A stretch of DNA of 63,386 bases, filler included, from Octopus bimaculoides (Eukaryota): NCBI RefSeq assembly GCF_001194135.2. It is 7 parts of 7 records of this genome, joined end to end, with 100 filler letters (N's around TTAATTAATTAA, not from the genome) between each part and the next. Parts side by side here need not be neighbours in the genome. Positions count along the whole stretch, not along the records: positions 30,174 to 46,582 come from NC_068982.1; positions 46,683 to 54,262 come from NC_069008.1; 5 more parts are not named here. One strand, 5' to 3'. The notes under the pieces were generated by a model, which saw nothing but the letters and a program-made list of their open reading frames with translations, was not told the origin of the DNA and ran no database searches. The translations under genes and the position numbers were made by a program. Shown in pieces: positions 37,831-48,957 of the stretch (its first letter is position 1; every line of letters starts with the position of its first letter).

Positions 37831-39492
37831 CTATTAGTCAGCTAATATCACATGGTATTAACGCTATCAAATTGACACCAGTTATTTTTTTCTATTTTTA
37901 GGTCCATGTGTTTGGATACGATGTTAGCAAGCTGCTAGTGTCACTTTGATAATGGGTTGTGGCATGGTGTATTCAGTGACATCAATTCTGTGAATCGGGT
38001 ATTGCATGTTGTGGAGTAAGATGTTGGCGTAAGTCCAGTCATCATTCATTGGAGTTCAAACACATTAACAGTAGTTCTACATTAATGTTGTGACCAACAT
38101 GGTAGGCAGTAGTCTATACAGGTGGCAGGGCTTAAATATCCTGCCCTTGTGTGTATGGGTCAGCAAAACCTAGGATGGTATATTTGTATTCTAAGTGGCC
38201 AGCAATTTCAGATTCATTAGCAGGGCATACAATGATATAATTAATTCTTATTGATGGATACTATGGGTTGCTGGAGCATGTATAGTTTCTCATAGAGTTG
38301 GTAATTGCAAACTGCAGGTGTATAGGGAGAGATACTGTCAAAAATACTTTATTTGATATTGAAGAAGTCATTTTGATGGTTACAGAATCTCTCGATGAAG
38401 CCAGACAGGGATAGTTTTCTCTATCCCTGCACCTGAAGAATTTCATGTGCTGTTTATTATCTTCTTAAAGTCATGTCCATATAGTGTCTTGTGATGCCAT
38501 TGGATAGTGTAAGGGGGACTTTATAGAGAGACAGGATACTTCAAGTGGGCAACTGGTAGGATTTTGAAAGTTACAGGCAGGAGTGTAGGTAGAAGGCTAC
38601 ATAGATATGTGTCTGTTCCTACTGTGGCATGCAATATTTGAGTGATATTAATCTAAACATGTGTAGCTGACCTTCATGTTATTTCTGATGCTAATTAATA
38701 AGCATTTTCCAAGAAACAATAAATATTATAAACTCTTCAACCCAACATAATGTCTTTTATTTCATTCACAAATTAATCACACAAAAAAAGAACTTCCTCC
38801 ATATAGAAGTTAATAAATATAACATGATTTATGTTTCCGCAGAGTAGCAGAAAGGATAATTTTGCATTATAACCATAGCTACAGATCTGTAGTTGAAGAG
38901 AAGGCATTTTGTTTGAAATTGTAACAATGAATGAGGTACTCAGATAGAGAGATTTAACTCAGTTAATACTCAGTTAACATGGATACAATAACTGGCATAA
39001 AGATGGTACATAAAGATTATCTTTTTCTTGCCCACTAAGTAAAAGCAAATCTCTTATAAAACAAATTAATGATGACAATTTGGACCAGCATATTAATGAA
39101 CAGACTTGATTGATCTTAACAAAGATCAGAATATAAATTTTAGCAAAGTAACTAAAGATTGATTCCTCAACAGATTCTGAAACTTAAGGCTAAATAAAAA
39201 ATACTCTTTTATATATTACAAAACTATTCACTTGTCTTACCTTTGGTAAAAGATATCATAACATAAAATATTGGATTTCTTTTAAAAATAACTTCTTTGA
39301 CTTTTGAAATATCATTCCAAACTAATCTATATATCATTCCAAGGATGTCAACAGCTAAACAAATTCAGCCCCATTCTGAACAAGAACAAAGTACAAGATT
39401 CAATCTTGATTTAATGTAATTAATGACTTTACTCTTAATTCAATATTTTCACAATGACAAAATGTTAGAAATATTAGATTTTTAGTACTCAC

Positions 39493-39723
39493 CAATACAG
39501 TGATATTAACAAGAGCAATATCTTCCTTAACTGGTCTTCCATTATCTTCAGCTTTGACTACTAACTGGATGACATTATCAGTCAGGCTTTCATAATCTAT
39601 ATTTAATGCAGTAATAATTCCATTTTGTGCATTTATGAAAAAACTCTTTGAAAGGCCTTGACTAGCATTTACTATTGAATATATTACTTCAGAATTACCT
39701 GTCTCTTTATCAGCATCAGTTGC
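39493..39723 (-). CDS. Cadherin-repeat coding exon (231 nt, phase 0/0) of a multi-exon cadherin
   Basis: Acceptor 'atttctctttcactatag|', donor 'TTG|gtgagt'. Translation ATDADKETGNSEVIYSIVNASQGLSKSFFINAQNGIITALNIDYESLTDNVIQLVVKAEDNGRPVKEDIALVNITVL contains the DxD, DYE and AxDxG calcium-binding motifs. Confidence 0.93.
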
Positions 39724-40239
39724 CTATAGTGAAAGAGAAATCAACAAGAAATTACCCTTCAAATCAAAACTTTTACAAAAGTAATACATAATAATTATAA
39801 AAGAGAATTCCTAAAAACTCATCTGCCTCATGATTTACAGCCACTTTAGAACAGAAAAAAGAAATAATATATATGTGAGAGAGTGTGTATGTGTCTGTGT
39901 ATACACACACATATATAGAAAACCACTTTTTGAGCATTGGGCCTCATAGACAAATGTGGCTCATGCTGATGTTGCAGAGCTAGCAACCGTGCTTGTGGTG
40001 AATTTTTTTTTTTCCCACAAGTGTTCCGGATCCCAGTAATGAACTCATTTGCATACAGCCAATCAGAGATCATCTTGACCTTGTTGCCAAGTTAACAAAG
40101 GTTGGCATTCAAAATGGTGACCTCCGATTGCCATGCGAATTTTGTATTGTGCTCTCATTCAGATGCTGATATCATCGATACTGAACATATACGCTGGTTA
40201 GTGGTAAATTTGAGTTACTATAGCAATCAAAGATAATGT

Positions 40240-40800
40240 TTTTGATGAATATGAAAGTACAGAAACTGCTTGGATGTTTTATAAATACACATTGAGGAAG
40301 ATTGAGGAAGGATCACTCGGTGATGACATCAATTGTTGCTTGTTGGGCCAGAAGGAAAACAAACTGCCATGGCCATTGTAACACCGCTGATGAGACATGT
40401 GCATAAACTGATCAGACATTTTGGTAAACTAGTATTCATTGATGCATTTGGAAACATGGACAGACAGGAGTGTCAAGTTTTTTTGCTCTTGACGCACAGT
40501 TGCGCTGGAGACTACCACTTGAAATGCTGATTACAACAAATGAGAGAACAGAAACAGTTACAGAGGCTCTGAAGTTGTATAATTCTTTGTTGGATAATAG
40601 TGCATATTTTGGATGAGGCCGGAAATCTTCATGACAGACGACAGTACATCAGAAAGGCAATCACTCCATGCTGTCTACCCTGATGCCATGCTTCTTCATT
40701 GTGTGTTCCATATTCTTCAGGTATTTTGGTGCTTCTTCTTGGAAGCTAAGAATGCAGTTAGGAAGGAGGACAGGCCACATGTTTTCCTTGTTGAAGGACA
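40240..40800 (+). pseudogene. MULE/Mutator-like transposase fragment
   Basis: KLVFIDAFGNMDRQ..VFLLLTHS(C)AG / PLEMLITTNE..VTEALKLYNSLL / PEIFMTDDSTSERQSLHAVYPDAMLLHCVFHILQ: two acidic residues plus the CxxH motif, frameshifted. Confidence 0.7.
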
Positions 40801-41318
40801 TGGTTTATATGTCTCATCAACACTGTTATGTCCTTCTTTTACTCACTGTATATGCTACTTTATAACATGGACTTATAACAAGGTTATAACAATACAAATG
40901 TAAATCAGAAACAACATGTAACAAACAATATCTCTTCTCAACAACTTCTACAACCTACTCACAAAGTGCCTGCACATGCTACACTGTTCTTCACTGACAG
41001 TGCGCATGCACCTTTATACAATTTAGGACAATTGACTTGCTATCCCACGGGGTATCAGGATTTCACCACAACATCTCGCCTTTGTGAGTTTGACTTTCGT
41101 TGGAGGTCAATATTTTTCTTTTATTTATCAACTTTATTTCCACTTCTGCCCCTACTTCTTTTTTTCAATTCCCCAGGAAGACGATTGCACTGGTATGGCC
41201 ATGTGCTGCATATGGATGAGAACAGCTGTGTGAAGAAGTGTCTTCCCTCAGCCAAGTATGCAAGCACTGACACAAGTAATGTCCAAATATAATATACAGA
41301 CACACATATATGTGCCCA

Positions 41319-41365
<47 letters not shown>

Positions 41366-42180
41366 ATTTGAAAATGGAGGATAATATAGTGAACCCAACT
41401 ACTTGCAGACAGTGTATCCTGTTGAATTCATTAATTTAATTCATAGCTAAAGTGACAAAAAAAATACCCACAAAATTCAGGTGTTTATGACAAACCATGT
41501 TATTTTGCCAACCGGGTTTACAGATAGAAGTACAAAGTACATAAGGAATTAGAGAATGAACAGAAGTTTAATCTTACAGCTGTTTCGGCCTAGCTTTGGC
41601 ATGTCCCATTCAATCCGAATAGTTCTTGCCGGCATGTATGTATGTATGCCTTTACTGCAAACTAAGAAAATATGTATACATGTATACACGGGTGTAGAGA
41701 GCATAATACCTAAGGCAAATAACTTCTACTATATACCAAAGGGTTGTGAGTAGGTTTAATAGAAACTGAAAGGAGCCTGCTGTGTATACATTAGCTGAAG
41801 GTGCCATGCTGTGGGATTGAACCCAAACCCATTTACTTTGGAAGCAAACTTCTTAACTACACAGTCATGACTTGTGGAGTTTTTTACTGATAAAAATAAT
41901 AACAACGAATCCTTGGCAAAAAATAAATCAAAATTTAACCCTGCAAAAGAACGAAATACACATCTAGATCAGTTCATTGATATCTTCTCCAGATTTCCAC
42001 TGTGGTTTAACATCAACATCAGACCAAACATCTAAAAACTAGAAAAGCCTACCCTTATACGTCTTGAAAATGACAACACAATTGTCATCAAACAAGCAGA
42101 TAAAGGGGGTGCCATTGTTATAATGGACACAGAATATTATCAGGGTCTAACTGAAGATCAATTGAAGGATACAATATTCT

Positions 42181-42456
42181 TATTTCTTTACTGCCCACAA
42201 GGGGCTACACACAGAGGGGACAAACAAGGACAGACAAACGGATTAAGTCAATTATATCGACCCCAGTGTGTAACTGGTACTTGTTTAATCAACCNNNNNN
42301 NNNNACCCCAGTGTGTAACTGGTACTTGTTTAATCAACCCCGAAAGGATGAAAGGCAAAGTCGACCTCGGCGGAATTTGAACTCAGAACGTAACGGCAGA
42401 CGAAATGTCGCTAAGCATTTCGCCCGGCATGCTAACGTTTCTGCTAGCTCGCCGCC
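42181..42456 (-). mobile_element. Family-C SINE inserted in the Penelope RT, with a 19-bp TSD
   Basis: TTGAAGGATACAATATTCT is duplicated at 42162-42180 and 42457-42475. Removing the insert rejoins DQLKDTIF-YHEV. Confidence 0.9.
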
Positions 42457-43551
42457 TTGAAGGATACAATATTCTACCATGAAGTACCCTCAAATATTGA
42501 CCACCGCATCATGAAGAAACTCAATTATTTAGTCTTAAAGCATTATAACTCCCTCACTTCTAATGAAAGGGACTATATTACCAATTTTGAGTCGAAATCC
42601 AGCAACTTAAATGGCTTACCTAAAATACACATGTCAAAAGAAATACAAAATGCTATAAAAGAACAATGTAGTGAATACATAAAACTACTACAACCAAATG
42701 ACCTTAAACTAAGACCCATTATTACTGGTCCAGCTTGTCCTACACATCATCTGAGTAACCTTACAGATATTATCCTAAAACCACTATGTAGTCACATACC
42801 CAGTTTCATACGGGATGACATTGATTTCCTGTCACAAAACAAAAGAATTCAATTCACTGTTAGTTAGTTTTGATGTAACAAACTTATATACAAACATTCC
42901 ACATGATTTGGGAATTACTGGTATAAAATATTGGGTTGAGAAACATAGAGAAGTAATCCCCAGAAGATTTGCTGTAACCTTCATGCTAGACGTGGTCAGC
43001 CTCATCCTCGAAAACAATACATTCCATTTCAACGGAAAAAATTACCTCCAAATTCAAGGCACAACTATGGCGATGTGATTTGCTCCAGCATCCACAAAGT
43101 CAGTATTGAGATACTTGAAACAAGGACTATATAAAAATAATGAAGAAAACTACAGCATGACCTTGAGAAAACATAAAGAACACAAGGAAAAGATACCTCG
43201 ATGACTGTTGCCTAATTTGGACCAAATCCCTAGAAAATCTGGAAGAATTCAGCATCCTCCTCAACAATTTACACCCCAGTCTCAAATTCACAAGAGAAAT
43301 GTGCAACACACAAATACCATTTCTTGACATAATGGTAATTAAGAACAATACCATAATCGTAACTGATATTTATTATAAAAGTACAGATACACACCAGTAC
43401 CTAAATTTCAAATCATGCCACCCAGCACACACAAAATGCAACATCCAGTTCTGTCTAGCCAGGAAAATTTGTACTATAGTAGATGATCCAGATACAAGAG
43501 TCATATGACTTATAGAACTCAAAGGATTTTTGCCCAAGCAAAAATACCCTC

Positions 43552-43721
43552 TCCTCCTCCTCATCATCATCATCGTTTAACGTCCGCTTTCCATGCTAGC
43601 ATGCGTTGGACGATTTGACTGAGGACTGGCAAGCCAGAAGGCTGCACCAGGCTCCAATCTAATCTAGCAGAGTTTCTACAGCTGGATGTCCTTCCTAATG
43701 CCAACCACTCTGAGAATGTAG
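43552..43721 (-). mobile_element. LINE-related short retroposon with a (GAT)n tail (family D)
   Basis: 'catcatcatcgtttaacgtccgctttccatgctagcatg...cagctggatgtccttcctaatgccaaccact'. Same family as 45777-46015. Confidence 0.75.
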
Positions 43722-44924
43722 AAAATAGCATACAATGCAAAAGAGATACCTAAGATAGCATACAATGCAAAAAAAGATACCTAAAGAACAACTTAGGGCA
43801 ACACAAGAAAGACGAACCCATCAATAGAACACAATACCATTTCTAGTAACACACAATCCGCATCACCAAAACATTTTTAACATCATCAAAACAAATTTGC
43901 CAATCATGAAACAAAGTGAAAATTTTTTTAAAATAACTAATCAAATACTTATCTTATGCAAAAGACAAAATTCAACACAAACTAACAGGATAAAACATTC
44001 ACAGTATCCAAGTGTATTGATAACAGATGTGGAACGTGTCAATACATGCAGACTGGTAGATCCATTAGAACAAAAAATGGACAGATTTTCACAAATGCAG
44101 ATATGAACTGCAAAAGCAGAAATTTGATCTACTGTATTAAATGCCCTAATTGCAAGGAACTATACATTGGTGAGAGAGGGAATGCATTATCAGAATGCTC
44201 ATGAGTTCACAGACAACAAATCCAGAACACTAATGTTCCAAATTCCATTGAGCAAACATATAGAAACATGTGGTCAGAAAGTGTTTCTAATTTTTCTTTT
44301 CCACAAACAAAATGACACAAGTGAGATTGGAAGAAAGATAAAAGAAAAAACGTTTTACTAAAATGTTCAAACCTGTTCTGAACAGAAATAACAACAATAA
44401 TATAACAACCAGTGAATGATGTGGATTAAAAAATATCTTTAACATATGAATATAAACAAATTACAGAAGGCCCCCACTGATTGAAATAAAAACAATCACA
44501 ACCAATTAAGTTTGCACATTACATGTAAACTGTAAGCTAACTGGTTAAAATAAAGGTGGGATTTATGCCAGTAATATTGGTGTGCCCTGTAAACTATGAT
44601 GTTTAAGCTGCATGCTTAAAATTCAGCATTTCGGAGCCTTCTAAAAGGTATAAAAAGAAAGAAGTCAGTCAGTTTACTACAGTTGTCAAGCACTCAACTC
44701 AACTGAAAGTCAATATATTTTGAAATCTGATGATTACTATGAACGTATGAAAGCACTAATTGAAATTTATGAACATTGCAAAATATTTTTTAACGTTTAA
44801 CACACTTCAATATTGTAAAAAAATTTTTAAATATAATAATAAAAAACATGAAAACCAGACCATGTTGTAACTATTCAAATGATATATTATTCTATACACA
44901 TTTACACATATTCAAGAAAAGACA

Positions 44925-44971
<47 letters not shown>

Positions 44972-45644
44972 CATAAATTTGGATATACATTCCCCTTCCC
45001 GTGCCCATAATACCTACTTGTGACCTCTTGTTTTCTGTTTTAGGCCCTTTTTAATTCATAATCATAATATAGTTTAAGTCACCCCTGCCCTTCCTCCTTC
45101 TGGTTATCACCTTATACCCTTATCTTGCTAGCATCTTCTGAGGCATGTTCTTTTATGTAGACATGGTGACTTTATAGTCGCAGTAAAATAGGGGTAGGGA
45201 AGAGTATCTGACATTAATTAATTTATCACCAGCAGCAAGAACTTGACTGTCAATTCCCAGTGGTTTAAATTTTAAGGGAATGTAGAATACTTGGTGTAAT
45301 GGATCTTGTGATTGTGATAAGAATAAAGATGAATGCAGCTATATCACCATTACACTTTCTTGACCCCCATTGTTATTATCTTCTGGGACTCTAAATTATA
45401 GTAGGCTTTAGGTATTTTCTGCCTCAGTTCATTCTGCTACAATAATAGCAATAAGCTATGTAATTCTTTTATTCTCTAGTTCTGAAGAAAAATTTGCTAA
45501 AAAACTATATTGGAGTATCCTGTATGTTGAAAACCTACACGGTTTTATGCTTCCAAGGAGAGCGGTTTATTTCAAGCTGATGTAATACTTGCATTGATCA
45601 ATTAAATGCATTAATACCAGGACATCTTTGTCACTTATTCGCTT

Positions 45645-45675
<31 letters not shown>

Positions 45676-45704
45676 TATATTTGTTGTTATTTTTTGGATT
45701 TACA

Positions 45705-45776
<72 letters not shown>

Positions 45777-45779
<3 letters not shown>

Positions 45780-45981
45780 CATTGCCAGTACCGCCTGACT
45801 GGCCTTCGTGCGGGTGACACGTAAAAGCACCCACTATACTCTCTGAGTGGTTGGCGTTAGGAAGGGCATCCAGCTGTAGAAACTCTGCCAAATCAGATTG
45901 GAGCCTGGTGTTGCCATCCGGTTTCACCAGTCCTCAGTCAAATCGTCCAACCCATGCTAGCATGGAAAGCGGACGTTAAAC

Positions 45982-46015
<34 letters not shown>
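45777..46015 (+). mobile_element. Family-D retroposon with a (GAT)n tail
   Basis: 'ggccattgccagtaccgcctgactggcc...gcatggaaagcggacgttaaacgatgatgat...'. Confidence 0.75.
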
Positions 46016-46526
46016 TATATATATATGCACACACACACACACATATATATATATACAGATACACACACACAGGTGAGTGGACAAATGAAAGAAAGAAGCA
46101 CTCAACACATTTAGTACTGATTATCCAGAGGAATAGATCTATGTTCTTAACAATTATTATTTAGAAAGATTCTATGATTTTTTATAGAAGTGATTTTTTA
46201 TAGAAGGTCTTATGAAATAACTGGATTTTCTATTATTCTTGTTGAATTTGTAGATTATCTTTGTAGAAAGGTTTCTACAGAAGAGAGTTGTTTTGTCATA
46301 GATGTTATAACATTCTAGTTAAATGGCAGATTGTTCTAGATTATATTTCACTCCATGGTGCAGATTTTTACTGTTTATAGAGGGTATAGTATATATTACT
46401 GCGTTTTTGAAATGCTAAAAAGTGTTGACAAGAATAATTTCTGTAATTATATGAGACTACAGTGAAATCTATTTCATGCAAACACGTCAAGACAATGGGA
46501 TAAAATACAGACAATGAATAACTTAC

Positions 46527-46582
46527 TTTAACACTGATCTCATACTCAAAATTGCTTTTGCCCTCTTTCAAAAGTCCAGTAT
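46527..46582 (-). CDS. 3' part of the preceding cadherin exon (5' part lost in the N-gap)
   Basis: (Y)TGLLKEGKSNFEYEISVK|gtaagt. The phase-0 donor joins in frame to ATDAD of the 39723 exon, giving the typical 'xExx...V.ATDAD' start of a cadherin repeat. Confidence 0.75.
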
Positions 46583-46682
46583 NNNNNNNNNNNNNNNNNN
46601 NNNNNNNNNNNNNNNNNNNNNNNNNNTTAATTAATTAANNNNNNNNNNNNNNNNNNNNNNNNNNNNNNNNNNNNNNNNNNNN

Positions 46683-46728
<46 letters not shown>

Positions 46729-47809
46729 GGTGACCAGACAATTCGGTCCCAGAAATTATTAGTAAACTACCCATGAAAAGATTAATTAAACACATAACTA
46801 AACAGAAGAGTAATTTTATTAAAACAATAAATAAATAAACCAATGTATAAAACATAAGAGTGGAAGACAAGGTTGGAAGGACGGTGTGATGACGAAAAGA
46901 ATAGGCAGTATGATGAGCATAATAAAATAGGAGAGCACAAACGACATTCAAATAAGAGGGTTCCAATGACATTCAAACCAGTTGAAGAATAGACATACCG
47001 AAGAAAGAAGAAATACCAATGTTATGACTTGTTCGATGTTCCAATGTCAAAAGAGGCTGAACCAAGCGGATCTGTAATAGAAAACGTAAACAAACAGAAT
47101 GACGAGAAATCGTCCTTTAGCTAAAGAAATATTAAAACTTCTGATGAAATTAACATCTCACAAAAAAAAAAAAGAGAGGTGATGAAAACAAGAGAATGAA
47201 ATTAAATAAATAAGTTGCACTTCCTACAGAAGTCAAATCTCAAAATGGGAGATGTTATGGGAGATGTAGCAGCGTATTTGACTTAGAGTGAGAGATGAAA
47301 AATCGCAGGAAGTCGAAAGTTGTCGTTCGTGGAGTCGTAGTAAATTGTTGAGGAGTTGTTATAGTTCGTTTAGAGTTGTTTTGGATTGGTTACAGTCGTT
47401 CGCAGAGTATTTGGGAATACATTATGTAGAGACAGTTGGTGTCTACACCGTTCTGTGTACGTTATAATACACACACACATATACTAGCTGACGTACCTGA
47501 TAATTCCCGGGAAAGCGGGGTTTATCCCTTGGTTCCGTTCTCATGATTGTTTCACTAATCCAATAGCAGCAATACAAAGTATGTAGCCCTTAAAACGGTT
47601 TTGTGCAGTTACAGAGAATTCATAATAAGTTAGGAATTCCCAATAAGTTATGAATACCCAAATTGTGAAGTCAGTTATGTAATAACATGAAATTAGTTAC
47701 CAGAGAGTAAGAATTAAAATAAAGTATCCCTGAAAAGGGCTTTAATGCGTTCCCGAAGTACATAGAACTTAGGAGGAAATACTAATAAGGTATGAATACT
47801 AAAATCGTG

Positions 47810-48250
47810 AAGCATGCTAGATATAAAGTCATCTCCTTGTCGCTTAAGACAGCGGTAGGATTCGGTTGCTGCATGGGTGTCTGAGCAGCTCCATTTGGAG
47901 AGGGCGCTGCTCACCCGGAGGCCGGAGAGGTTCTAGAAAAGGTGAACCAAAAATTGCCTGTCTCTCTATATCTGGTAAGTTTATCGCGAGTGAAACAAAG
48001 AGCTCGAAAAACAAAGAGACTTTTATTTACAAAATCTGGATGGAACTTAAACATTTTATGTTGGAATGTGCGCACTCTGTTGGATAACAAGAGTGATTGT
48101 AGGCCTGAAAGACACACTGCACTTGTTGCTCGCGAGCTGAACCACTATAACATTGACATAGCGGCACTTTCAGAGACTCGTATCGAAGGTGATGATCAGC
48201 TTGAGGAAGTAGGAAGTGGATACACCTTTTTTGGGAAGGGAAGGCAGAAG
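47810..48250 (+). mobile_element. Second RTE LINE copy: 5' UTR and start of the endonuclease only
   Basis: Closely matches 34510-34955. LNILCWNVRTLLDNKSDCRPERHTALVARELNHYNIDIAALSETRIEGDDQLEEVGSGYTFFGKG. Confidence 0.88.
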
Positions 48251-48790
48251 GGATACACACAGACACAGACACACATATCTCAGTGGACATACAACATAAA
48301 ATGTCACTCAGCACAACTTATTTGGATATTATTTAATAGCAGTTTGGCTCAACTGAATTAGAATGTAGTGATCTTTGTTTTGATACATGTTTAAAGAAAA
48401 CTGTTCCCCATATATACAGACATTTATATAAGTATATATCTGCATATATGGGGAACAGGGGCGCTAAATCTATCCCGCCAAATTTCCGGTTCCAAAATGT
48501 CCCTAACTCACCTTATAATGGGGTCGTTTGAAGTGGCTATACGTCTTAACCTAAAAAGACTGTATTAACCAAAGCTTAAGCTATTAGTTAAGAAGAACCT
48601 AACATTTTACAGTTTCCACTCGGAACTATATCCCTATATTGAAATTATCAACACATTTTGCATAATACACAAATATTATAACTTTTGTACATCTGTTCAA
48701 ATTCTATAATCTTTGTTTCCTGTCAAAATGAATAGGAGTCTTTCTATGACTCTGAAGCAAACTCAGTTAAAGTTATTGTTATAATTACAG

Positions 48791-48957
48791 AGACCTCAGC
48801 GACAATAACATGATGTGTGGATGTCACCTGCCAGCCGTTGTCAATTTTATGAAGAAAACGTACAACAGAAGTGTGAATGTCTTGGGCAAGTGTCATAAAG
48901 ATCTGGGCAATAACCAAGGCAGAAAAATAAGTATACTGGATTATTCACAATGTGAAA
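48791..48957 (+). CDS. Exon encoding a last leucine-rich repeat plus LRR C-terminal cysteine cap (167 nt, phase 2/1)
   Basis: Acceptor 'ttattgttataattacag|', donor 'GAAA|gttagt' (read-through would give ES*). Translation DLSDNNMMCGCHLPAVVNFMKKTYNRSVNVLGKCHKDLGNNQGRKISILDYSQCE fits LxLxxN-xxCxC...C...C. Confidence 0.75.

Larger units (their letters stand above)
41900..44400 (+). mobile_element. Penelope-like element (RT plus GIY-YIG), degenerate, with two nested insertions
   Basis: IVIKQADKGGAIVIMD; GLPKIH; KLRPII; LVSFDVTNLYTNIPH; LQIQGTTM; RYLDDC; IPFLDI; YYKSTDTHQYLNFKSCHP; CKSRNLIYCIKCPNCKELYIGE (GIY-YIG). Confidence 0.92.

Noticed and set aside
42261-42340. Direct repeat 'accccagtgtgtaactggtacttgtttaatcaacc' either side of a 10-N gap
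   Set aside because: Unmerged contig overlap; family-C SINE copies elsewhere have this segment once.
47230-47470. Possible short solo LTR (TGT...ACA)
   Set aside because: No target-site duplication or second copy found in the window.
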